Source: Archangium sp.
GTDB lineage: Bacteria > Myxococcota > Myxococcia > Myxococcales > Myxococcaceae
NCBI RefSeq assembly: GCF_036388035.1
Contig: NZ_DASVSO010000473.1
Coordinates: 1-45,824, forward strand
Direction: 5' to 3'
Length of the DNA stretch: 45,824 nt
Shown here piece after piece: positions 19,606 through 28,821 of the stretch. Within the stretch, counting starts at the first letter, position 1; each line of letters starts with the position of its first letter. The notes beneath the pieces are model-generated. The model was not told where the DNA came from, did not search any database, and saw nothing but the letters and a program-made list of their open reading frames with translations. The translations under genes and the position numbers were made by a program.

Positions 19606-19800
19606 CCGGGGGGACGATGGTCGCTCGTGAAGCTGACAGGCGGCCCTGAAACAATTAGGATAGTCATTGCTCAGCCGGGCTGATTCCTGCCAACGGGGGC
19701 ACTCGGGACCGTGAGTACCCGCGGACCCTTGGGTGGGTAAAGCCAGACACCTGGCAGCGGGAATCGACGCAGAGAACTCGGCACAAAGGGGTCAGGGGAA

Positions 19801-20436
19801 ATGAGCAGCGCAGCCACCGCATGGAATGTCGCGCCGCAGGCGTGGAACATGGTTCCCCCCGGGGGAGTGCAGGAGTGGGGGCAGCGCATGGCGCTGGCCT
19901 CCTCGGAGGACAGCGTCCGGGGGCTGTTCTCCCAGAGCGTCCTCAAGTCCATCCGCGCCCTGGGCGACGAGGCCCTGGCGCGGCGCTGCTCCGCGGTGTG
20001 CGGGCAGGCGCGCTTTGTCGACTATTTCAGCTACCCCATCCGATTACACCTCCAGATGATTTCCGCCGCGATGCCGGCGCTCGCGGCCCGTCACGGGGAT
20101 GGGGAGCAGGCCCTGTGGCTGCTGGGGCACTGCGTGGCCATGGACTTCCTGGACTCGGAAGCGGGCAGGACCATGCAGGTGCTGGTGCGGGGGGAGGCGA
20201 AGCGGCTGGTGAACAACCTGCCCTCGACCTACCAGGTGGCGCTGACCGGGGAGCGCTCGGTGAAGTGGCTGGGGCCGCAATCGTGCCGCTTCATCATGAA
20301 GCGCGACTTCATGCCCGCGCCCTTCCATGAGGGCATGCTGGTGGCGATGCTGGAGCGGTTGAAGGCCAGCAAGGTGAAGGTGGTTGGCCGTCAGACGAAC
20401 CTGCTCGACAGCGAGTACGACATCGCCTGGCAGTGA
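19801..20436 (+). CDS. DUF2378 / TIGR02265 family protein
   Basis: DSVRGLF, YFSYP, FMPAPFHEGML, SEYDIAW; clear paralog of 18071..18697. Confidence 0.87.
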   Translation: MSSAATAWNVAPQAWNMVPPGGVQEWGQRMALASSEDSVRGLFSQSVLKSIRALGDEALARRCSAVCGQARFVDYFSYPIRLHLQMISAAMPALAARHGDGEQALWLLGHCVAMDFLDSEAGRTMQVLVRGEAKRLVNNLPSTYQVALTGERSVKWLGPQSCRFIMKRDFMPAPFHEGMLVAMLERLKASKVKVVGRQTNLLDSEYDIAWQ

Positions 20437-20472
20437 GTCGCGGGGAGCGGCGGGCGGCTACACTGCGCCTCC

Positions 20473-21720
20473 GTGGACCCGACTTTCCTGGAGCAGCTCC
20501 GCCGCAAGGTGGAGGCCGGCGAGACCCTGAGTCATCCGGAGCTGGACGCGCTGCGCTCCGCGGCGCGGGACACGCCGGGGCCCACCCTGCGGCTCGCCGT
20601 GGCGCATGCGCTGGTGAACGCGGGCGCGGAGCGCGAGGCCCTGCCCCTGCTGGAGTCCCTCCGGCGCGACTTTCCCCAGGACGTGCAGGTGCGGCTGGGC
20701 CTGGCGCGGGCGCTGCTCGGGCTGGAGCGGATGGGGGATGGGGAGGCCGTGCTGCGCGAGGCGCTCGCCCTCAACCCGGGAGATCCCGAGGCCCTCAAGG
20801 TGCTCGCGGTGCTGGCCCTGCGACGGGGTGAGCACGGCCGGGCCCGGGCGTATGTGGTGGAGGCCCTGGAGAGAGACCCCTTCGACGAGGAGGCGCGGCT
20901 GCTCAAAGCGGAGCTGGAGGCCGCGGACGTGCCCCCTCCGCCCTCGCCCCGGGCGCGGGCGCTGCGTCCCGAGTTCACCGCCGCGCTGCTGGCCGCGCTC
21001 CACCGCGCGGGCGTGGCGTGTCGGCGGCAGGCAGGCGCCTTGCTGGTGAAGCTCGCCTCGGGCGAGGTGGGGCGGGTGGACGTGGCCTCGCTCTACGCCG
21101 ACTACCGGGACGGCGAGGGGGACCTGGCCGCGTACGTGGAGGCGCTGGTGGCCCAGCTCCAGGGCCTGTCCGGGAGCGCCGGGGATGCGCGTGCCCTGGA
21201 GGCCCGGCTGCGACCGGTGCTGCGGCCCGCCGATTTCGAGGCGCAGGCGGTGGGCGCGCTCCACCGGCCGGGGCCCGCGGGGCTCGAGGTCTTCTACGTG
21301 CTGGAGGACGCGGAGCTGCTGCGCTACCTGCCCCGGGCGGCGCTCGGGCCCGCGGGGCTCTCCGCCGAGGCGGTGGACGCGGTGGCCTGGCGCAACCTCG
21401 AGGCGCACCCCGCGCCGGTGCGGCCGGTGGTGGTGGACGAGGGGCAGGTGGTGCTCGCGGAGAGCTTCAGCGGGCTGTGGGCCGTGGCCGGAGGGGACGG
21501 GTACGACGCCGCCCGGCTCCTCACGGCGGAGCAGCGCGAGCGCCTCGTGCTGCACGCCGGAGAGGTGCCCCTGTGCGTCCACCTGGGCCGGCGGGAGTTC
21601 GCGCTGGTGTGCCGCGAGTCGGACGTGCCCGCCCGGGAGTCGCTGGCCCGTCTGGGCAGTGCCCCGGACGGAATCTCCGGCCTCTTCCGGCTCGGGGCCG
21701 GGGGGCTCGAGCGGCTCTGA
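20473..21720 (+). CDS. TPR protein with DUF1444-like C-terminal domain
   Basis: TPR-like helices (EALALNPGDPEA, ALERDPFD); AWRNL...GDGYDAARLL. Confidence 0.72.
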   Translation: MDPTFLEQLRRKVEAGETLSHPELDALRSAARDTPGPTLRLAVAHALVNAGAEREALPLLESLRRDFPQDVQVRLGLARALLGLERMGDGEAVLREALALNPGDPEALKVLAVLALRRGEHGRARAYVVEALERDPFDEEARLLKAELEAADVPPPPSPRARALRPEFTAALLAALHRAGVACRRQAGALLVKLASGEVGRVDVASLYADYRDGEGDLAAYVEALVAQLQGLSGSAGDARALEARLRPVLRPADFEAQAVGALHRPGPAGLEVFYVLEDAELLRYLPRAALGPAGLSAEAVDAVAWRNLEAHPAPVRPVVVDEGQVVLAESFSGLWAVAGGDGYDAARLLTAEQRERLVLHAGEVPLCVHLGRREFALVCRESDVPARESLARLGSAPDGISGLFRLGAGGLERL

Positions 21721-21721
21721 G

Positions 21722-22342
21722 TCACCCGGCGGTGGCCGGAGGCGGCAGCACGTCCACCACGTTCACCTCGCGGAAGCCCGCCGAGAGGAACAGCACGCGC
21801 AGGGTGTTCTCCGCCGAGCGCCGCGCCCGCTCCCTCAGGCGGGCATCTCCCTTCACCTCGCGCTCGAAGGCCTCGCGCGCCTTCTCCAGCAGCAGCGTCG
21901 TCTGCGCGCTGTCCAGGTTGGAGCCGATGATCTCCGTCTCCCCAGGCCTGAGTTCCACCTGCACCTCCAGCGGCGGGAGGGCCACGTCCACGCGCGTGCC
22001 CTGGACGCGCAGCGAGGAGCCATCGAGCCGGCCGAAGTCATACCCGAGGTGCACGTCCGCGAAGACGATGGCCCGGCCGCGCGGTGTGTGGATGGAGTAG
22101 GCCGCCCAGTTGATGACGTCCTTCCAGAGTGAGTTCGTCGCCTGGGGCTCGGGGGAGAACTCGACCTTCTTGTAGAGGGACACGTCCAGCGTCTCCAGCC
22201 GGGCCACCTCGCGCACGCGGGTGACGAGCGCTGGCGTGTCGGGCAGGGCGGGGGGCTTGGGACGCAGCAACAGGAAGGCCCCCACGGCCCCGGCGGCCAG
22301 GGCGACGAGGAGGAACAACACCCGCGGGAGGAGGCGCACCAT
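21722..22342 (-). CDS. DUF4230 family membrane-anchored protein
   Basis: N-terminal TM; VREVARLET, GYDFG, VALPP, ARRSAE...LF...GF. Confidence 0.78.
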   Translation of the reverse strand: MVRLLPRVLFLLVALAAGAVGAFLLLRPKPPALPDTPALVTRVREVARLETLDVSLYKKVEFSPEPQATNSLWKDVINWAAYSIHTPRGRAIVFADVHLGYDFGRLDGSSLRVQGTRVDVALPPLEVQVELRPGETEIIGSNLDSAQTTLLLEKAREAFEREVKGDARLRERARRSAENTLRVLFLSAGFREVNVVDVLPPPATAG

Positions 22343-22384
22343 GGGCCGCCATTCTAGTCGTTGTGGGGTAGGGTTCGCCGCGCC

Positions 22385-22996
22385 ATGGCCCTCACGTCCC
22401 TTGGGGATGAAGAAATCCAGTCACTCGGTGAGCGGGGGTGGTTCACCCGCGCGTCCTTCCTCGGGGAGGCGGATGCGCGGGCCGTCCATGCCGAGGCGAA
22501 GGCACGCGCCGAGGCCGGCCTGCTGCGGCCCGCGGGCATCCGCCGGGGCGCGGACCACACGCTGGACAGGGACACGCGCGGCGACTTCATCTCCTGGGTG
22601 ACCCCGGAGGAGCAGGGCTCGGCGATCGCCCGCCTGCGCGAGGCCTTCGCCGCGCTCGGGGAGACGCTGTCGGCCGAGGCGTACCTCGGACTCGGGCGCT
22701 TCGATCTGCAGCTCGCCTGGTACCCGGGTGAGGGGGCTCGGTACGCGCGCCACTTCGACGCCTTCCCCGGCCAGTCCAACCGGCGCGTCACCGCCATCTA
22801 CTACCTCAACCCGGACTGGGTGCCCGCCCACGGGGGCCTGCTGCGCCTCTACCCCGAGGGCGGAGCCGTGGACGTGGCGCCCACGTTGGACAGGCTCGTG
22901 GTGTTCCTCAGCGAGCGCATCGAGCACGAGGTGCTGCCCGCGCAGGGCTCCCGGCTCGCGCTCACCGCCTGGTACTACGGGCGGGGCGCGGGGTGA
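22385..22996 (+). CDS. 2OG-Fe(II) oxygenase (prolyl-hydroxylase-like)
   Basis: RGDFISW, YARHFD, YYLN, GGLLRL, HEVLP...RLALTAW. Confidence 0.9.
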   Translation: MALTSLGDEEIQSLGERGWFTRASFLGEADARAVHAEAKARAEAGLLRPAGIRRGADHTLDRDTRGDFISWVTPEEQGSAIARLREAFAALGETLSAEAYLGLGRFDLQLAWYPGEGARYARHFDAFPGQSNRRVTAIYYLNPDWVPAHGGLLRLYPEGGAVDVAPTLDRLVVFLSERIEHEVLPAQGSRLALTAWYYGRGAG

Positions 22997-23093
22997 GGGG
23001 GGCTGGGCAAGCGTGTGCCCAAGGGGCTGCACGGCCGGTGCCCGGGTGCCTCGAGTCCTGACTCCCCGTACCTTCCCGAAGGAGGGTTCCGTC

Positions 23094-23414
23094 ATGACCG
23101 AGAAGGAGCAGCAGCAGGGAGTCCTGGCCCAGAAGTACGGGGCCGAGCTCCAGCAGATCGACTCCCACGTCAGCCAGATGGAGGCCCTGCTCCAGCGCAA
23201 CTCGGCCGAGCAGCTGCAGGTCACGCGGGAGGAGTTCGAGCTCATGCGCCGCTCGCTGGGCATCGTCCGGCAGTCGCTCTCCCATCTGCTGCTCGCCGAC
23301 GACAACGACTGGCACCCGCTCAAGGAGCAGTTCGAGCGGGCCTGGAGTGACTTCCAGGAGCACTCCCGGAGGATTGGCACCGCCTCGGGCGAGAAGCCTC
23401 CCGCGCAGGGGTGA
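23094..23414 (+). CDS. Small coiled-coil hypothetical protein
   Basis: AAGGAGG RBS; helical Q/E/L-rich 106 aa with WHPLKEQFERAW. Confidence 0.7.
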   Translation: MTEKEQQQGVLAQKYGAELQQIDSHVSQMEALLQRNSAEQLQVTREEFELMRRSLGIVRQSLSHLLLADDNDWHPLKEQFERAWSDFQEHSRRIGTASGEKPPAQG

Positions 23415-24383
23415 TCAGCGCCTGGCTCCGGCGCCCTTGCGCCCCCGGCCGACACCGCCTCCGCTCGCGTCGAACCTCCCGGCCAGGTCCTGGCGCTTGA
23501 ACTCGCGCACGACGTAGTCCACGAACACGCGGGTCTTCGCGGGGAGCTGCCGGTGCCCGGCGTAGTAGAGCGAAATGGGGCCGATGTCGGCGTGCCAGTC
23601 CGGCAGGAGCCGCACCAGCGTTCCCTCGCGCAGGTAGGGCAGCGCATTCATCGTCGCGACGAAGGCGATGCCCAGGCCCATCACGGCGCAGTGACAGAGG
23701 GCCTCGGGGTCATTGAGAATCATGCGCGGCCGCATGTCGATGGCGACCTGCTCGCCGGAGCGGTTGCGCAGTGGCCAGGAGCGGATGCGCCCCGTCAGCG
23801 GCGAGCGCAGCAGGAGGCCCTCATGGTGCTGGAGGTCGGCGGGCTCCTTGGGCGGTGTGATTCGCGCCACGTAGGACGGTGAGGCCACCGCGATCACATG
23901 CGCCCGGGCCAGCTCCCGCGCGGCCAGCCCCGAGGGAAGGTCGAAGCCGCCGCCAATCGCCGCGTCGAAGCCCTCGTTGATGAGGTCCACCGGTCGGTTG
24001 TCGAAGTGCCAGTCCGGCACGATGCCGGGATAGCGCCCGAGGAAGTCCTGGAGCAGCGGCACGAGGTAGCCGTGCCCGAAGGCGGCGGCCATGCTGACCT
24101 TCAGCACCCCCGCCGGTTGTTCCGCGGCCAGCGACACGTTGGCGATGGCCGTCTGGAGCGTGTCGAGGCCGCCGCTGACCTCGCGCAGGAAGCGCTCCCC
24201 CGGCTCGGTCAGCGTCAGTCCCCGGGTGCTGCGCTGGAACAGGCGCACGCCCAGCCGGGTCTCGAGCCGCGCGACATTCTGACTGACGGCCGCGGGCGTG
24301 AGTCCCAGCCGGCGCGCGGCCGCGGAGAAGCTCGCGGACTGCGCGCTGCGCACGAACGACTCCAGGGTGATGAGGGTCTCCAT
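23415..24383 (-). CDS. LysR-family transcriptional regulator
   Basis: SFSAAARRLGLTPAAVSQNVARLE..LGVRLFQRSTR HTH; divergent from ycaC. Confidence 0.95.
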   Translation of the reverse strand: METLITLESFVRSAQSASFSAAARRLGLTPAAVSQNVARLETRLGVRLFQRSTRGLTLTEPGERFLREVSGGLDTLQTAIANVSLAAEQPAGVLKVSMAAAFGHGYLVPLLQDFLGRYPGIVPDWHFDNRPVDLINEGFDAAIGGGFDLPSGLAARELARAHVIAVASPSYVARITPPKEPADLQHHEGLLLRSPLTGRIRSWPLRNRSGEQVAIDMRPRMILNDPEALCHCAVMGLGIAFVATMNALPYLREGTLVRLLPDWHADIGPISLYYAGHRQLPAKTRVFVDYVVREFKRQDLAGRFDASGGGVGRGRKGAGARR

Positions 24384-24385
24384 GC

Positions 24386-24404
24386 TTTAAACATCCTGTT
24401 GAAA
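24386..24404. promoter_or_regulatory. Dyad, candidate LysR binding site
   Basis: TTTAAACA-TCC-TGTTGAAA, an AT-rich imperfect dyad abutting the LysR start. Confidence 0.45.
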
Positions 24405-24521
24405 GTGATTCCGCGGATTGCCCTCTACTGCAAGAGGTGCCGCGCCTCCATCATGGTCTCCATCAGCAACCGGGCACGGACCACGGCGTCCGCCCCCTTC
24501 CCGCTGTCCCTGGAGACCGAC

Positions 24522-25178
24522 ATGAGCCCCGCCCACCACCCCAAAGCCGGCCTCGATGCGCTGCTCACGCCCGACAACTGCGTGCTGCTCCTCATCGACC
24601 ATCAGCCCTTCCAGTTCGCCGGCCTGCGCAGCCACGACACCCAGACCGTCATCAACAACGTCGTGGGGCTGGCCAGGTCCGCGAAGCTGTTCGGCGTCCC
24701 GACGTTGTTGACCACGGTGGTGGAGGAGCGCGGCGGCTACATCCTCAAGCAGCTGCAGGACGTCTTCCCCGAGCAGAAGCCCATCAACCGCACGTTCATC
24801 AACACCTGGGAGGACACCCGGGTCGTCGAGTGGGTGAAGAAGACCGGCAAGAAGAAGATCGTCATGGCCGCGCTGTGGACGGAGATCTGCCTGGCGATGC
24901 CGGTGATTCAGGCGCTCGGCGACGGCTACGAGGTCTACATCGTCACCGACGCCTCCGGCGGCGTCACCCTCGAGGCGCACGAGATGGCGATTCAGCGGAT
25001 GATCCAGGCCGGCGCCGTGCCGCTCACCTGGACGGTCTTCGCCTCCGAACTCCAGCGCGACTGGGCCCGGACGGACACCGTGCCCGGCCTCGCCCAGCTG
25101 CTCGTCGACCACATGGGCGTCGTCGGTACCAGCTTCACCTGGGAGCAGCAGCTGCTCGCCACGCACTCCGCGAAATGA
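24522..25178 (+). CDS. ycaC: YcaC-like isochorismatase-family hydrolase
   Basis: LIDHQP, NTWED, LWTEICL, VTDASGG, ELQRDWAR. Confidence 0.88.
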   Translation: MSPAHHPKAGLDALLTPDNCVLLLIDHQPFQFAGLRSHDTQTVINNVVGLARSAKLFGVPTLLTTVVEERGGYILKQLQDVFPEQKPINRTFINTWEDTRVVEWVKKTGKKKIVMAALWTEICLAMPVIQALGDGYEVYIVTDASGGVTLEAHEMAIQRMIQAGAVPLTWTVFASELQRDWARTDTVPGLAQLLVDHMGVVGTSFTWEQQLLATHSAK

Positions 25179-26073
25179 AGGCGCGGGGGTGATTCCCTTT
25201 GGCAGCGGGTGCTTGCCCGTGGGGCAGGTGGCCCTGGTCGCAGCCAATCCGCTGTGTGCCGATGGCCAGGTCGTCGATCCACCAGTCGGTGGGCACCGAG
25301 AGGCCCTGGTAGAGAACGACGCCGGTCTCGAGCACGGTGAAGTCGGTGGCCTTCTCCCGCGTGGGCCGCGCCGTCGTGGGTGGATCGGAAAAGACGAACC
25401 TCTCGGGCCATTCGAGCTCGGCTCCGTTGAGCCAGACGCGGGGCTCGGCGGCTTCCGGGTGGGAGCCGTTGGCTCCATCGAAGAGCCATTCGAGACAGGC
25501 CCAGTCATCGAGCACGAGCGGCGTGTCGGAGAGCAGCACCCACTCGGGGAAGCCTGGCGGCTCGGGCGGGTGCCAGATGGCCATGTACTTCTGCTGGTAG
25601 GTGGCGAGCTCGTACCAATCGAGCGTGTCGAACGCGCGGTCGGCACTTCCAGGCCGCGGGTACCGTGCGCTGAAGAGCCCCGCGTGCGAGGCGGGCCGCG
25701 CGGGAGTCGTGTAGACGTAGGCGCGGCCCCACAGCACGGGACCGAAGTGGGCGGGCAGGTCGAAGCGGACGGTCTTCTTGGGGCCTCCCTGCGTCCCTTC
25801 CTTGCCTCCCACCAGCTCCCTGGCGTGCAGCGCATACCTGCCGGTGTGGGCACGCGTGTCGTCCACGAGCAGCTGGCCGTTGAAGTCGTCGCGGTGGGCC
25901 GTCCAGCCGGCCGGCAGTGCACCTTCCTCGAAGTCCCAGCACAAGGTCGCCTGGGCCGTGCAGCCGGTGGTGGCGCTCATTTCCCCGCCCGGTGTCGGCT
26001 GGCGGTGTGCACAGGCGACCCCGAGGGTCAGAAGCAGCGTCGAGCTCCACCCTGCGATTCGGGTACGCGACAT
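25135..26073 (-). CDS. Putative lipoprotein, Cip1/polysaccharide-lyase-like beta-sandwich
   Basis: Signal with LGVAC; LCWDFEEG; WACLEWLFD; WWIDDLAIGTQRIGC; tail overlaps ycaC by 44 nt. Confidence 0.6.
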   Translation of the reverse strand: MSRTRIAGWSSTLLLTLGVACAHRQPTPGGEMSATTGCTAQATLCWDFEEGALPAGWTAHRDDFNGQLLVDDTRAHTGRYALHARELVGGKEGTQGGPKKTVRFDLPAHFGPVLWGRAYVYTTPARPASHAGLFSARYPRPGSADRAFDTLDWYELATYQQKYMAIWHPPEPPGFPEWVLLSDTPLVLDDWACLEWLFDGANGSHPEAAEPRVWLNGAELEWPERFVFSDPPTTARPTREKATDFTVLETGVVLYQGLSVPTDWWIDDLAIGTQRIGCDQGHLPHGQAPAAKGNHPRAFISRSAWRAAAAPR

Positions 26074-26118
26074 GGGAAGTCCTGTCTTGGTGGGAGGCCC
26101 TCCCCGGCTCGGGCGAGG

Positions 26119-26146
26119 CACGCGTCGCTGTGCTCAGCGGCGCGTG
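26119..26146 (-). terminator. Hairpin downstream of LysM gene
   Basis: cacgcgtcgctg-tgct-cagcggcgcgtg 12-bp stem with one imperfect pair. Confidence 0.45.
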
Positions 26147-26203
26147 AGTGCGCCGAAGCATGGGCATGGGACGGATGGGGTCTTGTCGAGGGGGCGGACC
26201 TCT

Positions 26204-27373
26204 CTAGGGAACCGCTGTCACCGGAACCTGAATCAACTTCTGGATCTCCTTCACACTGGCGCCAATCTCATTCACCAGCACGGCGAGGTCGATCGCGGTG
26301 GACGCCGCCGTGCCAACCCCAGGGAACGCTCCGGCCACGGTGCTGACCAGCCCCGCCCAATTCGTCCAGTCGCCCGGCTTGCGCGCGATGTTGTAGATGT
26401 CCGTGACGCCGACGATGAGCGTGCCCAGGACGGGCACCTTCCGTCCCACGATCTTCTTCATCGTTTTGTCGCGGATTCTCTCCGGGAGCAGCGAGGCGAG
26501 TGCCGCGACGATCTTGGCGATCTTCTCCTTGCCGATGCCCTGCTCGGCCAGGAGATGCTTGACCACGCCCGAGAGCCCCTTGACGACGTCATCCATTTCG
26601 CCGCGCATCAGTCCACTGACGACCTTCATCGCATCGGTGGACTTGGTCATCTTCAGGATGTCCGCGAGGGCGCTGAATCTTCCGCGCAGCGGCGTGAGGA
26701 GCGTGTCCATGATCTTCGAGCGTTGTGAGTCGGAGAGGAGCCCCCAGCCCGAGGCAGCTCCCTCCGCCATGTACGCGAAGGCGGCCTGGCCGTTGCCCTT
26801 CTGCCACTGCTCGTACGCCTTCGCGAACAGCTCTACCGCCTTCAACCCGGACTCTTTTTTGGAGAGAAGCGCCAAGACATCCTTGGTCGTCTTCTCGTCG
26901 AGCTTCAGCACGACCTGCAGGAACTTCAGGAACTTCTCCGGCCCCGCCACGCCGACGTTGCGGAAGAGCTTCGTCAACTCGGCGGTGAGGGCCGCGTTGT
27001 TGCCCGGGGTCTTCGAGGTCTGGGGGGCGCTCGTCGTGCGGGACTGCGCGGGGCCACCGCCCCGTGGCGTGTTCGACGTACCGGCGGAGGACCCACCTTG
27101 AGTCGTCACCGCTTTGGACATCACGGCGGTCGCTATCCGGAGCCGCGCCGCCGTCTTGATGATGGCCGTGCGCTCCTTCTCTGAGAGCCGGAAGTCCTTC
27201 GGTGGGAGCAGGAGCCGTGTCCCCAGGGTGATCGCGTTCGCGTCCTTGCCGATGACGCGGCTGTTGTAGGAATACACCTCGGCCCATCGCCGCTCATCGC
27301 CGTAGATGCGGCTGGCGATCTTCGAGAGCGTGTCGTTTTTCTGGACGATGTAGTCAGGAGGCGCGAGGGCCAT
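26204..27373 (-). CDS. LysM-domain protein with helical, hydrophobic C-terminus
   Basis: YIVQKNDTLSKIASRIYGD...W..VY..N...I.LG..LLLP; no signal peptide. Confidence 0.8.
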   Translation of the reverse strand: MALAPPDYIVQKNDTLSKIASRIYGDERRWAEVYSYNSRVIGKDANAITLGTRLLLPPKDFRLSEKERTAIIKTAARLRIATAVMSKAVTTQGGSSAGTSNTPRGGGPAQSRTTSAPQTSKTPGNNAALTAELTKLFRNVGVAGPEKFLKFLQVVLKLDEKTTKDVLALLSKKESGLKAVELFAKAYEQWQKGNGQAAFAYMAEGAASGWGLLSDSQRSKIMDTLLTPLRGRFSALADILKMTKSTDAMKVVSGLMRGEMDDVVKGLSGVVKHLLAEQGIGKEKIAKIVAALASLLPERIRDKTMKKIVGRKVPVLGTLIVGVTDIYNIARKPGDWTNWAGLVSTVAGAFPGVGTAASTAIDLAVLVNEIGASVKEIQKLIQVPVTAVP

Positions 27374-27565
27374 CGGGTGGGAGCTCGCTTTCACCGGATT
27401 AGCCGGAAAAGGGTGCTGAAGGCATGTGGAGGGAGCAGACCCTTGGGAGCATAGAACGGAGAGGGGACGCTTGTTGAGGGGGAGCCTGTCCTCGGGCCAA
27501 CCTCCGGTCGGTCCCGGGGGGCTGCTTTCTTCTCCCACACGGGGAGAAGCAGACTCGGTGACACC

Positions 27566-27973
27566 ATGATGAAATCCGCGCCCCTCCTCCTCGCGCTCAC
27601 CGTTGCTGGATGCTCCGCCCCGCAGCCGGCGTCATGCCCTGCGGATTTCGACACCTTTCTCGCCCGCTACAGCGAGGACGCCGCGTTCCAGCGCGAGTTC
27701 ACGGCCCCCGTGGTCATCCAAACCCACGTCGAGAACGTGGAGCCGGAACCCCGCACCGTCACCGAGCACAAGCCGGCGGACACGCTCGTCTATCCGGCGC
27801 TGCTGGGCCGTGCCAAGCGGGAGGCCCGGGGCCTCAATGGCATGAAGGTGACCTCCGGAGCCCGGCAGGCCCTGGTGACGATCTGGAAGGAAGACACCGA
27901 CTACCAGATCTCCTACCGCTTCGAATTCGACTCGTGCTGGCGGCTCGTCCAGGTCGACGACGAGTCGCTCTAG
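27566..27973 (+). CDS. Small lipoprotein, DUF4348-like
   Basis: Lipobox VAGC; FDTFLARYSEDAAFQ...YRFEFDSCWRL. Confidence 0.65.
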   Translation: MMKSAPLLLALTVAGCSAPQPASCPADFDTFLARYSEDAAFQREFTAPVVIQTHVENVEPEPRTVTEHKPADTLVYPALLGRAKREARGLNGMKVTSGARQALVTIWKEDTDYQISYRFEFDSCWRLVQVDDESL

Positions 27974-27975
27974 TT

Positions 27976-28653
27976 TCAGCGACTCCACAGCACGTCGACG
28001 ATGACGGCGTAGTGCACGGAGGCCCCGGCGATGACCATGAGGTGGAACACCTCGTGGTAGCCAAAAACGGTGGGGTGGGGATCCGGCCATTTGCGAACAT
28101 AGACCCCGGCGCCCAGGGCATAGATGACGCCCCCGAAGACGAGCCACCCGACACGCACCGGGCCAATGACGTCTGGCAGCCGCGGGATCAACGGGAGCGA
28201 CACCATTCCCAGCACGACATAGAGCACGGAGCGCAGCCCCCGCGGCCCCGAGCGGCCCAGCAGCGCGAGCCCCGCGCCCGTGAGCGCCGCGGCCCACATC
28301 ACGCAGAGCAGCAGCGGGCCCCGGCCTTCCGCGTCCATGGTGGCAATGGGCGTGAAGGTCCCCGCGATGAGGGCATAGATGGCCGCATGATCGAAGCGCT
28401 GGATGCGCTGGGAGGTGGTGGGGCTCCAGTTGGGACAGTGGTACGTCGCGCTGATGCCGAACATCAGCACGAGGCTGACACCGAACACCCTGCCAGCCAG
28501 GTGCCGCACCCCCTCCGCCGGGGCCAGGGCCAGGAAGAAGTACCCGGCGAGCGCCACCACGAACGCGAACGCGTGCGACACGCCGCGCAGCCGGGGCTTC
28601 ACTTCCTCTTCAACTTCAACCCGAAGAGTCTCGACGCGCTCTTTGGAGGCCAT
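27976..28653 (-). CDS. Hemolysin III / PAQR family membrane protein
   Basis: KPRLRGVSH, SATYH, DHAAIYALIAGTFTP, GYHEVFH. Confidence 0.92.
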   Translation of the reverse strand: MASKERVETLRVEVEEEVKPRLRGVSHAFAFVVALAGYFFLALAPAEGVRHLAGRVFGVSLVLMFGISATYHCPNWSPTTSQRIQRFDHAAIYALIAGTFTPIATMDAEGRGPLLLCVMWAAALTGAGLALLGRSGPRGLRSVLYVVLGMVSLPLIPRLPDVIGPVRVGWLVFGGVIYALGAGVYVRKWPDPHPTVFGYHEVFHLMVIAGASVHYAVIVDVLWSR

Positions 28654-28821
28654 GGATTACTCGTACCTCCGACGGCCCCCCGTTGCGTCGGCGCATGGCC
28701 TCCTCCTGTCCAGGCACGGACTTCTGGCGCCAGGGCCTGCCGCCCTGTGCACAGGTCAGGTGGGGAGAAGTGTCGAGCACCCGGCGATGCACCCCGTGTA
28801 GGCCACGGGGTCACCGCAGCT

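Noticed and set aside
19738..19760. AAGCCAGACACCTGGC resembling the cobalamin riboswitch B12 box
   Set aside because: Imperfect match; the other conserved riboswitch elements and B12-related genes are absent
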